NCBI GenBank assembly: GCA_030141605.1
Contig: JAQGDQ010000004.1
Location: forward strand, 496,001-560,000
DNA from: Tubiluchus corallicola
Lineage: Eukaryota > Animalia > Priapulida
Direction: 5' to 3'
DNA length: 64,000 nucleotides
The notes beneath the pieces were generated by a model. It worked only from the letters and a program-made list of their open reading frames with translations, was not told the DNA's origin and searched no databases. How positions within the stretch are numbered: the first letter of the stretch is position 1; each line of letters starts with the position of its first letter. A program made the translations under genes and the position numbers. Shown in pieces: positions 13,597 to 26,900 of this stretch.

Positions 13597-14454
13597 AGTT
13601 TTGACTGGAGGAATCGTCCAAACATTGAAAAAATCATGCTATATCTTTATGAAAAAAGCAGATATCATCGTATTTAGTAGGTAGGTAGTTAGTAGGTAGA
13701 TAGTACAGAGTGACTGCAATTTCAACATTCAATTTACAGCAAAAAGACAAAAAAGTACTTTAAAAGACACAAACTAAATTGCATCTAGTGTATGATGTAG
13801 TACATTGAATTTCAAAGATGTTATACGATTTCAACGTTTTCTCCAGGGACATAAGATATATTGATTTAATGGAATCGTAATAAAAAGAAACCCAACATTG
13901 TAAGGATACACAAGATTATATGATAGTAAGGATGTGTAGGGCTGGGTATGACCACTGAAGTTTTGAGATGAATAACTTGGTTGAAATGAATAAGTTGGAT
14001 AACTTAGGCTGTGTGTGACTGGAGCGGAAATGGATCTATATAATGAGTTTCTGTTTTATTTTGGAAAATGCTTTATAAATCAGAATAATATGTGATAAAC
14101 GATAGCTTGTACACAATACTTGTCAATAGTTTTTCTCACACATCTAATGCACAAAAGCAAGCATTATGAGAAAATATCCTTCAGTAACTATGTACTGTAG
14201 TTCTCCACGTAAACGAAGAGCCGCCTGCTGGTACTAGGTAAAATTAATACCCCTAACTATACTAGTTCTTAGTTCTATAAAGAACACTGCGTGCAGTTTA
14301 TTAGGTTACGGGCAAGACTGACAGTCTTAATAGTTGAGTTACAATTGACAATTAACAGCAGCTAAGCTATTAACTATTATTTAGTATTAAAATTTTTATT
14401 ATAGCACATCACTAAAACCATCATAATGAAATACCTTGCAGTGTTTATGCTTAC

Positions 14455-14600
14455 CTCTTCTGTACAGAATTATGACTTAGGCTTGTAATTTAGTTTCAAA
14501 TCGTAAATAAATGTAGATTACACCTGTGAACCGCAGAAAGTGTGCAATCCTTCGCACGTCATACAACCAGCTTTGACTTAGTGAGCTAACGAAATGGTGG
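14455..14600 (-). other. NFX1: Putative non-coding first exon of NFX1 (5' end uncertain)
   Basis: Strong donor GAG|GTAAGC at 14454 (alternative AAG|GTATTT at 14434) supplies a partner for the unpaired acceptor at 13277. Confidence 0.55.
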
Positions 14601-14900
14601 GAAGTGGCGCCATCTGCTAAAGAAGTTGTTCCCCAGCCCGGAGTCAGTTGCACCACGCTGCCAGCCAACACAAGCATACAGTTGGCGAACAAGAAAGTTG
14701 CTTGACAATTAAAGATTGGTGGTAGTGCCACTTGGCAGTTGATTTAATTGGTTTATTGGTAGAACCAGGGACTCCTAGCTGAACTTGAAACATGAAACCG
14801 TTGTTTTGTGCAAGTCGCCAATAAAAAATTTGTACTATTTTAGAACTTTTCAATGATGTTTTAGTGTTCGCAAAGCAATTGGCTGATACGTTGTGTTGGC
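14600..14900. promoter_or_regulatory. Bidirectional promoter shared by NFX1 and the MRL gene
   Basis: Lies between divergent first-exon donors at 14454 (-) and 14958 (+); locally higher GC/CpG; CCAAT/ATTGG cores at 14715, 14747, 14755, 14818 and 14878. Confidence 0.65.
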
Positions 14901-14955
14901 TGATTGAGTAACTCGTGTTGTTTCAGTAAAGTGGAAAACTTAATCGATTAGGCCT

Positions 14956-17900
14956 ATGTAAGTGATTTCTTTTTTATATTGATTTGACACATCTACAAGC
15001 TTGTTATTGTGTACTTACTATACTGTATGATGAATCTGTACCGACTCTTTTATAATTATAAAAATGGTTGATCGTATAGCATTCATGGTCTTTAAACTTT
15101 ATGAGCTCATAATTCGTTATTGTTAATTTGTTACCAGTTGAAGTACCAAAACTAGACGTACTTTTACAAACGCATTCACCTTATAAGGGATGTGTTAAGT
15201 AAAAAATGTTAACGATAAGAAACTGAGAGATGACTACTGGCACGGAAATTTTTTTCTAGGCAATCTCTACTGTCCGTGAAGCAATTCTTTAATAAAGGAA
15301 GTGCATGACGTGCCTGCAAACTATTTTTAGGACTGGCAAAAAGAAAAGAGATTCAAAAGTGACAAGAAAGTTCAAGTCAGAACTCAAAAGATCACTATAC
15401 TATCTTTTTAACCTAATCTAAATTCTATAATGAAGGGTTAATTCAATGTAGTACAAGTTTGTTAATCTTGACTGTACCAAGCATTATTCAAAGCTAAATC
15501 ACAATCTAATGGTTTTGCTGTGTCATAAAGTTCGAATATTCCTAAAGATCCTACTAATAGAAAATCTGTTGTGTGAATGTTAGTGAATATCATTAATTAT
15601 TAGTGAGTTATTGTAACTTGATGTAGCAAGGACAACAATTTCTGCAGAATTTCCATGTTTCAGTATTTGAAAAATTAGTTTTTATTCACATGTAGGGCAT
15701 CTGTAGAAGATTTAGCATCGTACAGTGATGCAGAGGCTGACAGTGATGTCGACTCGGATGATGCTGGGAAAATTTTGGGAAACATGCTTGGAGAACTAGA
15801 GACCTTGCAAATGGTAAGAATGTCAGAAATAAGCACAGTGCTATTAAAAATTGCATTGTTTTATTGCTTGTAACTGAAGAAACCACTACTCTAGTTTGTT
15901 TACCCTTTATAATGTAGTTTGAAAATATGCTATAATGATTTAATGAATGCTAAAATTACCCCCATATATTAACGTATCAACTACTGACTGTATTTTTACT
16001 TTTTTTGTTGTACATATGTTATAAATTCATTTTAAAAGGTAACATTCTACTTTCAAGGTTTCACTTCTAACAGGTGTACCTTGTATGTAGATTAAGATAT
16101 CAAGTGTACCTAACTAGATTCTCGTTTTCTTGATTTACAGTAATTTTTACAAGTGTCTGCATTAGACCTGTTAAGTATTCAGTAATACTTTACAAACCAT
16201 TTTTCATTTATGTACAGATAGAGTTCGACAAACTCCCAAGTGATATACCACTTCCTAATAAGGCTTCTACTACTGAATGTTGAACGGTTGTGGTTGGGTT
16301 TGAAGAATAATTAGGTGTCTGTACCTAGTTCAGGAAGATGCAGTTTTCTTGGTAGTCATTCCATTCATCCATACAATTACTAATTACGCTCGGTACAGCT
16401 TAACTGTCGTATCCAGTAGTGATACACTCTAATAGAATGACTGTCATGAGTATATATATTCGATTTTAGCCTGAACTGAACATATATACACTTTTCACTA
16501 TTCACTTTTCAATTAATTTACCTGTACCTAATTTACACATGCATAAATTTATTATGCAGAGCAGTAGTCGACGTATTGACAACAGTATGTCCTGATTTAT
16601 TTGGTCATCATTAATTTCATGCGTCATATACGCTACACCTGTATGAGTCAGCAGAAACATATTGTTTATGATACCCTAACATCATCGCTCGCTGCTGCGT
16701 TCAACGAACTTAAGTCGGTCGACTGCTCAAACACAAAGGCAGAAAAATGCTACTGAAATAAACGAATTTTAACTGAAAATTTTCTAGAGTTGGCGGGTTT
16801 TAACGTTCCTTACAAATTTGTTTTCCCGTGGAGTTGATTACAAAGTTAAAAAGTCTGTTGTAACTGTTAAAAAATCGAGGGTGGCTGGTTTTTATTAGAT
16901 CATGATGCCAAAAGCATAGTTTACACTCCACGTTTCTTGGTTTTATTTTTAGATTTGATTTTTTTACAGAACGTTAGTCTGTTTAAATAATATTTTTTCG
17001 TCATTACCAATGGCCGGCGCGACAAGATTTCAACACCGTCGTAGAAAGGTGTTTAGTAACTGTTTACCACATTCGTATTCCTAGATTTATTATTAATTTC
17101 TTAGTTATGTTGGGTAAGTTCCATTACTCTAAAACAGCAATGAATTCATTTTTGATGTTGAGCTGTAGTTTTGTCGATACCTGTTTTGACAGTTTTATAT
17201 GCAATAGGTGAAAAATATTAATAAGGAGGTACAGCGTGCGAAAGTTAGCATGATATGGTTTTGTGCACTGGTACTCGCACTGGGCTGATGTACATGTATT
17301 TTTACAGCATGATTAATTTTCTGTTTTCTCATCATTTCTGCTTTTTAAATCCCAGGCTCACTGCCAGTTATCTTGTGCGGCTCAAACAATGCTTTTGACA
17401 AAGAGTGATCATTTCTACGTTTTCTGACAGATAGAATTATTAGAGACCAAGTGGATTCTTAAGTTGAATTGTCTGATCGACGAGAAAAAAGGACAGCAAT
17501 GCAGCTTTACAGAATTTGTTACCTGTACTTTACCGTCGATGGTTTTTTTTGCCTGAGCCGGGTATATTGTTTGAATTAATGTAAGATTTAGAAAGAAAAT
17601 AAAACTGAAACATAATGCTGTTTCCTTTGGCTCTGTGGTAGCGTTTACCTTCATTTCATTCATTCGTATGAAACCCACGAGCTGTGCGAGACTGCAAGTC
17701 CTAAAGCGTGCGTGAGAACTGTAGGCTCAAAGCTCACTGGTTTGCGAGGTACAATAGTTATGGGAAAACAATTGTCATCATCAAGAAATGTTAAAAAATT
17801 GCTCAGTAACTCCTAGTGACCATGACATTCCAACTTGCAGATCTCCAAAAGACGGAGATTCCACAAAAATTCAGCTGGGGGTTCTGAGGGAATACCGTAA

Positions 17901-20900
17901 ACTCACCGAGTGGAGTCCAGGGGATTCAATGCTTTTTTGCATTCCTGGATTTTAGCTGCTTATTTTAGCACTAAATCTGGCAGTAGATTAATTTTTTTAA
18001 AAAGAAGTTCCATTAAAAGAGTGCTCCCTAGACACTTAGGAAAACCTTTTTGGCATTTTTTCATGAGTGAAACATTGCTTCAAATATATTGCTCACAATA
18101 ATTGTGTCTAAAATTTGGTTGCCGTATAACTTTAGACTTTTGGTGAAGCGGCGCATCTCTATTGTGCGTGCTGATTCCAAGACGATTTTTTCGAGTTGTC
18201 TAGCACGATAAATGGGCGATTCTATTTTGGGCAAAGGGAGGGGATGTTCTATCTTACTGGGATCGTCGCATTTTAAGTAACAGAAGGAAAGTCAGGAGAA
18301 ATATTTGAAAAGCTGAAGAAAAGGAAGTAAAAAAAACGGAGGATCATTAAAATTGGAAGTTCCGATCAAATCAGGAGAGTTCCAGTGTCTTGGTCCTAAG
18401 CCCTAACCAAGGCTAAATGTAGTTTTCGTGAAATTTGGCCAGAAAAGTTAATTAATACCTTTAATTACTGTGCAAGTATTAATCCAGAAAGTTGTGGACT
18501 ATAGCAGCTTACTTGTAGATTACAGATTTGATTTGCGGGAGTACTCGGCACAGCTTTGTTCATACAGCCTATCGGGACACCATATATACGTATGTGTATT
18601 ATAGTTTCCATGCTTTAATAAGTAAATTGATTGCCTTCTTGCTTGATATATTCAAAGATTGTTTTTGCGTCTGTGATGTGTAGTCTGGTGTAATTTGTGC
18701 AAATTCAGCGAGAAATTTTGTGTTTTGCTCTATATGCTCGTGTACTGTTAAATACGTTAACAGACACCAGTGATGTAACGACAAAACTAACGCAGCTTGC
18801 TTTTGCCTGTACAAAATTTTCATAGATTTTTAAATTTGATATGGTTATCAGCAAAATCAGAAGTACATTTTGAGACCCAATCAAGTTTTTAATTGCGGAA
18901 AAAAGCGAAGCCAGGAAAAAATCGCGATTGTTACAGATATTTCACGCAATTAAATAGGTAGCAAGTTATTTAACCCGTTGGAAATCTTGGAATTACTTGG
19001 TGCCTTACAATTATTAAATTTCGTTTCTTGTTTACACACAGCATTTATCAAGATTAGCCAAAGCATTTTTAACTTTTTTGTCTAAAACATCAACTAAATT
19101 AAACATTTAAAAGGAGCGAACCTCGTACGTGCGTTGGAAACCGCGACGCTACTTAGTACTCAACGACACGAAACTGAAAACGATTTTAGACGATTTTTCA
19201 AATGCAGGTATACAGTTGTTCAGATCTGAGAATGTTTCTTGATTTATGAGTCATTTCGATTTTATGATTTGGAGTTGTAAATTTCTCCGTCATAAAACCG
19301 AAAGTACTAAAAGTGCAATCTTGAATAGTGGTTAGAGCGCTAAGGGTTCATTTTAGAGCTGCTCTTAACCCACTGAGCCACGAAATGCAAATTTGTCTCC
19401 ATTCAAACTTTCCTGCTCTCTATAGCACACAGTTTCGGTGACGCTATCTCCAGAAGTTCGACTCAGTGGTTGTAGGTTACTTTATATGTTTAATGGTTAT
19501 GCATTAGTTCCTGAACTATGCACAAAAACTGGCATGCACTTTACTCAAAGCCACATTTGGACACATTATATTGAGATGGTGGATTGTCGAATTTTTGAAA
19601 CCGAACTTGAAACGAAACAAATGAAATTTATGTGAAAATGGTAAAAATAATGTTATAAGTCAATAAGATTATATAAATAATTACTTAAACATCTACAGAT
19701 CGTTCTATATATTAAATTAAGCACAAAAATAGTTAGTAATGGTTGGAAATGTTGGAGTACTTAGGACAAGAAAACTGGTGATGTAACGATTGAATTAGGA
19801 CGTGCTTTGATGATTTTTGATTATTCTAGTGATGGATTCTAGTCGTAACGGCATTGGGCGTTATCTGAAGGCCCCCGAACCCCGGCTCAAATCATCGATT
19901 TTTATAGCAATAAACCTACACAGTCAGTTAACAATTTGTGGGAGTGACACTAAAATATATAAAGAAATCTAAAATTTCGCGCAACTTTTACTTTCTGAAG
20001 AGTTTGTAGAAATTCATCTTTGCTCTTTTACCACTTTCAGTTTATTGTGTACTGTTATACGCTACTGACTTTCCTTCAGATTTCTCCTTGACAGAAGCAA
20101 AGTTTACTTTTTGTGTTTATTGAGCAATAAACGTCAAACCTTATTTTCAGTATTTCGTTGGAGTGAAACGCCTGCATTTAAGAAAAAGTCGTCGGTGAGT
20201 GCAAGTAGCGCCCGGTAAGCAGGGCTGCACCTGAATCAACAGCCAGTTTAACTCAACTCAGGCATCCGGTAGAAATTTAATTAATGATGACGTGCCGTAT
20301 GTTTACATGCATGCCATGTATGTCATTGGTGTTATTGTTGATAGTGAAAAAGCACAATCAGAATCACGTCTGAATTTCCTCTAATGTTAGTTACATTCGA
20401 AGCTAACACCAAAGAACGCTAGAAACCTTGAAGCATACTTATTTTGTCTCGTACATATTATAGCCTGCCCACAGCTTTTTCACATTTTTGTTTGAAGCAT
20501 TTCTTTTCCCTTTTTTGAATCCTAAATTGTTAGATATTCTAGGGACATTGGCCTGATGTATCGAAGTGACAGAGATTTATATTTTAAGCTACAAGAATTA
20601 CGGTGTCTTTATATCAGACGTGTAACGGTGTAAACTACATCAGGTTTGATATTGCAAAGTAAACGCATTGTGTTGTGCATTCCAGTTTTTGAACCGGGTT
20701 GAAGTTTCATGACATCAGTCCACGAGCATAATTCTTATAGAACAGGCATTAAAGAAAATAGTACGTAACGTCAGATATCGAGTTATTTTAGTAATACTGG
20801 ATTTATGTGTGACGTTGTGGTCTGTCTGGATCAGGGCTGACAGTCCATGGTACCTTGCAACAATAAATCTGCTCCACAATTCTTGTGCAAACGAGTAACT

Positions 20901-23900
20901 GACTAACTAATCAAAAACTATTAGTTCCAAGTCAACAGGATTAGATCTGACTCAGTGACACCTTGTAGATGAGGTATGACATTTTGGAGTATTTTCGTAA
21001 AAAGTGGTATTTTATGAACTTCTGGTCTGAACAAGACTGGGTAGCCAAAACTGTATCATACTGTGCGATTACATCTAATCGGGCATTTCAAGGTACATTT
21101 GGATCCGGTTCATCTTGGAGCACCTATACGGCCACTCATATTCCTGAGCAAACTACCGCAACTAGAACGATTGTTGTGACTAGGATTCTGAAGCAAATAA
21201 ATCTAGTGATTCTAAACACTGCACAGAGCTAGTGTTCAACCAAGACGAATATGTTTTTTTCTCCTGAACTTGTGAAAGTAAACCTAGATATATTTTTCTT
21301 AAATGTAAGCGCATAGCAAAACATTTTTGTTGTTCTATCCAGTAAAAGGTAAGGTCAGAATGGTTTGCAGTCAGTTTACTGTAGGTATCTGATAAATGAA
21401 CGTGCTGTTACCTAGTTTCTTGCTGGTGTCTGAAAAAAGGAAATGTTTTTACCTACGGTATTTTGTTTCTCCAATGATGATGTTTTTCCAATCTCAATTT
21501 AACTTTATCGCCAAGTCTCAAAAGTATTCAACGTTCTCTAGTAACATGGTGTAGTATGCAGCAACCTTTGCGTAAGCTCTCGCGGCACCCCCTACGCCTT
21601 TTTATGGGCGGCTGGCGTTAGACTCGCCGGTCTAGTTTTTTTTATTCTCGTAAACGAAGAGAGTAGAGTAACGAAATTTATAGAGTATATATCTGTGGTA
21701 GGGGCTTTGAACGTGAATTATGACGTCGATCAGGTAGTCAAATGGTCACTTGACATAAGTCAATTTTTTTATTGCCATTCAATTCCTCCTAAGGCTTTGA
21801 GTTAATTTCAATTTCTTTTTCATAAGTGTATTTAGCCATTGCAGCAGATGTAAACTGAGCTTTTAAAAAGCTGAGATTCTTTAAAAAGGGGAGGCGAGAA
21901 CAGGGTTAGGAACCAAACGCGTAACATTGAGTAACTCCAAAGCTACGGTAAGTAGAGTCACAAAACTTGCATGGAAAACAACTTGGGTGGAACTCAAACA
22001 ATCGTGTGGTTAAAAAAGCTATGGTTATTTAGGGGCCAGAGAGAGAGAAGCCAAAATGTAAAAATTGGTGTATCCACTTTAATTCATGTTAGCTTGCAAA
22101 CGCAGAGGGCTACACACGTAGGTACCTGGGATAGGTTCGTTGAAAGTGAACGATAGTGAACTGTGGCGAACGGTGACCTGGATCAAAGGTATAATCACAG
22201 CCTTACGCCAGCCGATTTTGATCTAAATTCATTCAGTCTTGTTATTTAAAGGAAAGGCCAAGACTTCGGAAATTTTAGGCTTATTTCAAAGTTCGCAAAA
22301 AATGTTAGAAGGACTGAGTAATAAAAGTGTGATAAACGCCTCGTGTAATTAGTAAAATCATTTTACGTTTGAGCGCTCCCATTTTGAACCCCATTCTTCC
22401 ACCATTGACCTCGCTCGTCAACTGAAGAAAAGCAACACACAGTCAATTTTTTTCCAAAGTATCACAAATTTTTACAAAAATAACTATTATTGTGACATTT
22501 TTGTATGGACATTAAGTAAGCTGCAGAAGTGTGAATTAGTTTAAGCAGCACGTTCTTATGGAAAACCGCGATGCGCTTACGAAAAGTCATGGAGGTTTAA
22601 CAGCTACGTCATAATTTCCAAATGAATGGCAAGGGCGCCTACCACCGCGCCTGAAAATTTCTATGCCGTGGTAGTAGTAATTAACTATGAACTTTATAGA
22701 CAGTTTTTTCACCAATTTCTTTCTTATATATTTCTAATTTTTAAGTGATAATAAATCCGATATGCTAAGTTACTTTTCCATTCCTTTAACTAACAAGTGC
22801 AAAATTCAACGCAAAAAAGCAAAGTAAGCTTCATTTGGGGTCTCTTCCGCGGAAAGGTCACTGTTGGGATCGTGGCAAAGTACGATTTCTAACAAATGAC
22901 CTTATTGTACTTATAGATAGGGACCTTATTGCAAAAATTCTGCTATCTGCCTGACTGCACCCTCCAGCATCCTTCATTGCGGTGAAGATGCTGACACATG
23001 CAAGTGGATCTCTTTATGGCTTCCAGCATCTGCTCTTTTCCATTACTATTTTTGGCGTTTAGAAAAAGAGGCAGCCCGCAGGCGGACTAAAGAGATTAAG
23101 CGCCTTGAGTCGGCGAGCAATTTTTTTGACTGACGGCGCATGTGCATGGCTTTAATCTACAATCCTTCACATTTTTCAAATATACAACTGTGACTTTTTG
23201 ACGAGCACAGCTGCAGCGCTTTAGATCAGTAACATTCGTCGATACAATACATCCCATTTAACACCATCTATTATATTATTGGATACTTTTATAGTCTATG
23301 GTAAAAAGCGACGGTTTTCTGAGAAATGATTTGAAACAAAAAACGTAGGCGTTATAAAATTTATATAATATTTGTATCCAGATTCCTACCATAATAGGGG
23401 GTATAATTCGTCTAAACTTTCATTTTTAATACTCTTTCTACACTGCTCAAAATTGTAATCAATGAGGATTGAGAAAACACGGTTTCCTATCCCATTGTAT
23501 TGTAGTCCTGAATTCCGTTAGCTGTATCCAGTGCATTGATATTATTCGGGCCCATTTCAAAGCGTTTTTGTTATTCGCAGTGTGTGTGTAGTGCAAAAGT
23601 TGCTCTTGTTTTTTTTCACTGGCACCAATCTACCGCGAAGCCGCGCTAATACTGGCGCTTGTAACCGAGAGAAGCCTTTGTTGAAGCGAGATTTACTATA
23701 CTGCTTTTCATTAACGATTTAACGTTGTGGCGGATTTGGTAGCGCTATACCAGCGAGGTCTTTGGAAAAGCGGACCTTAGCCAGAATTATGCTAGATTCT
23801 TGTGTGGAATGTAAGAAGCGGCTCGCAAGTGCTTCATCATTACTTTTATTGGTACTATTGTCGTATAGGCAGAATTTTGCACTTGACAGTTACTTTTTCA

Positions 23901-26900
23901 CTTGAATCCATGTTTCATAACATTTCGAATCAGGTGCCGTTTCTACATCGTTATAAGGATATAAAGATTAAAGAAATGTGATATTTCGAAAAGTTTTGGA
24001 CGCAGTATGCTAATGTACATCAAATCATCAACAATAAAACTTTTACTGCTTCACTAATCTGTTACAACATATCAGCGCACTGAGCACTACATCCTTTTGA
24101 GAGGCCCAGCAGCGTTACCATGTACATTATCAGTCCCAGACTCACAGTGCTATTTTTATTACATCACCATGATCATGATTAAACATACTTATAACGACAG
24201 CAACATCAGCAACAATTTACTAAATTTTTGAACATCATCCATGCAGGCACTTTATTTCATCTCTGGGTTTATATAATTCAGTCTCAACTGTTTTGTATCA
24301 GGAATTTCTTGCCGTCTGCCTTGATTAGCTCCTTGGGGAAATCATTTCTATCCCAATTTAGCTCCCACTAAAGTCATAAAAAAGCATCTACTGGTTTTTA
24401 ATGAGTGATAAATTGAAAGTCCGCTGTCGTGTTTTGATGAAATATTGACAGAATGGTTAGCGTACAGTAGTGTTGTTTTTTGTGTATCTACAGTAATACA
24501 GTACAAGTAGCTTTTGGGTTGTCTGCGCAGTGTATTAACAATTGGGCCTGTGATTTTCGTAATGTGGCATAAACTGACATTGCATATAAAATCATGTGTG
24601 CATGATGATACTTTGTGTGTAGTTTGCAGGTCTTTAATTTCTACTGAATATAGTCATTCATGTTGAGGGCTTTTGTTGATCAGTATTAATGTTTTGTGAG
24701 ATTGTCGTTAATTCTTTGGTTCATTTTCTCATTTTGTGGCAAAAATCTTGTGCATGCCTACTATTCTGAAATTGTTATAATCTTTCGCTTAACCTTGAAA
24801 TTCATTCTGAACCAGTCGCTTCCACATACTCAGAAAGATGTGAATCTAACAAATATTACCTATAATGCGTAATTTTGAATATGCCTCAGTAATAAAAATT
24901 ATATGCAACACCCACTTATTTTAAGAATTCGTTTTCCCCATCACAAAACAGTGCCTCAGTAATATTTTCAGATTTAGATTTATGCAATGTGAAATTGTAT
25001 TAAACTACAATGTTTATTGAATATTAAACTGTGCAATGATGATTTACCATTAAAATATTACACCAGTTTACATTAAAAATCACAACAGTAAGTAAAAAAA
25101 ATAAAAATAAATTATGTGACTAAATAAATTGTATCTGCCTATCTACTGTTGTTATTTTTAATGTAAACTGGTGCCATTTTTTAATTTAAAAAAATGTATT
25201 TATTAATTTATACTGCTGCAGTTTTTGTTATTTCGATGTTGCTGAAGTCATATTAGGCGCGTCTTTTTTCAAGGTAATAAACTAAATCAAGTTAATTATA
25301 CAGAACTGAAATAGCCTATATGCATTGAATTACTGCAATATTAATTGTGCAGCCAAAAGAGGAGTGTCTGTTTGATCATTTAGACAGGACGATTGCTGGC
25401 CATAAATGCGTATATCGCTAGGAATCCAGGAAGTTATGCTAGCAGGAAGCTTTCCGTGACTCATGTAATTCCCAACCGAGCGCCGGGATAATGCGTTGCA
25501 CTTGATGGGATAATGCGGTAAGCGTTACCAGCACTTGCGGCCACTGCAGTGTCCGAGCGGTCAGTGCTTCCGCTGCAATTGATTTTTGTAGGGCTGCAGA
25601 ATGGTGGAGCAATAATGCGTAATGTGTGTGTATTAGCTATTAAGCCAAGGCAATAATTTGATGTATTTCCCTGAATCCTGTCGAGGTTAACTTACACAGA
25701 AAACAATCGATCCAGCGACTCCCACGAAGTCTATGAAAACAATGATTAAATCAATGGAGATTAGAAGAGGTCTTATTACTACACATACGCCTAGCTGAAA
25801 CTTGCTTCAAACTGACATTCATTTCATTAGTATAGATCACTACTACAACACTTAGTACAGGGTTGTCCAAAAATACTGATCCCCAAATTAACTGGTAACC
25901 CTTCATCTTAGTAGATGATTGGTTTGTGAAGCAGACTGCTTTATTTTCATTTTTCAATGGTGGGTAATTACCGAAGCCATTATCACCTTGTAGCCCCGTT
26001 TCTCCTCTTTCCAAAGAGCTGTAAACTCCCCTTCTCCCTCCACAATACCCCACCAAGCACAACTAGGACACTTTTGTAGAAGGTGTTCCGGCAATGAACG
26101 AAAAACTACCATTTTTGAAAGTTTTTCACCTAACGTGCCTAGCAGAACACTGCGTAACATACTACTTCGCTCGGTGGTGGTCTTGGAGGGAAATTTATAG
26201 CTCTTGTGCAAGAGAAGAAACCGGGCTACACGATGGTGAGAGTCTCTTTTACAAACGCATCTATCAGAGTGAAGGGCTATACGAGGTAGTTTGGGGGAGT
26301 GTTTTTTCTGAACGACTCTGTATTTGCATATTTTGTTTCAATTCAAACCGCCCTGAAAATATTTGAAGTCGGAAGAGGGTCATTTTCGTACATTTTTGGT
26401 TTCGCAAAACTTGCATAATTTGAGAGCCAGGAATATTAGGTTGAGGCTCTGAATCTACGGTCGCTCAAAGGGAGACCATGACTTCAGCCTATACTTGTTT
26501 TCCTGACTCATCCGATTTCAGATTTTGCCCAAACACCGTCTACACGAAAATTCGTACATAGCTCTTCGAAGAAGACCTGGGGGGGGGGCAGGGGTGTCGT
26601 AGGCTGCGTTATCGATTATTCGCTCCCGCATGCTTATTGAGTATGCTGCTGTCCCGTCGATATCGTTAAAGAGAAGTAATGCTCGTGTTCGCGCAGTGCC
26701 ATTTTCATAATTCAGTCGCGGTTATTGCAAAATGTTTTGCAATGTAATTATGATGAACTTTGTAGCAACCGCCCCGTTTCACAGAGTGGTCCCTCTTCTG
26801 CCCTAAGCAGCGTTCAACATCCTTACTCTAAAATTTCTAATATCATAATTTGGTATTACAAAGTACGGAGACGATAACACGTGTCACCGTGCAAACAAAA

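Noticed and set aside
19325-19380. tRNA A-box-like TAGTGGTTAGAGCG (similar at ~25548 and ~36301; isolated B-box GGTTCAAATCC at ~41287)
   Set aside because: No cloverleaf or correctly spaced A/B box pair; at most SINE debris.
20151-20220. Possible cassette exon (TTTTCAG acceptor; GTGAGT and GTAAGC donors) in the MRL intron
   Set aside because: The 44-nt version shifts the frame and the longer one contains TGA; it cannot be a coding exon between phase-0 neighbours, and a UTR or poison role is unsupported.
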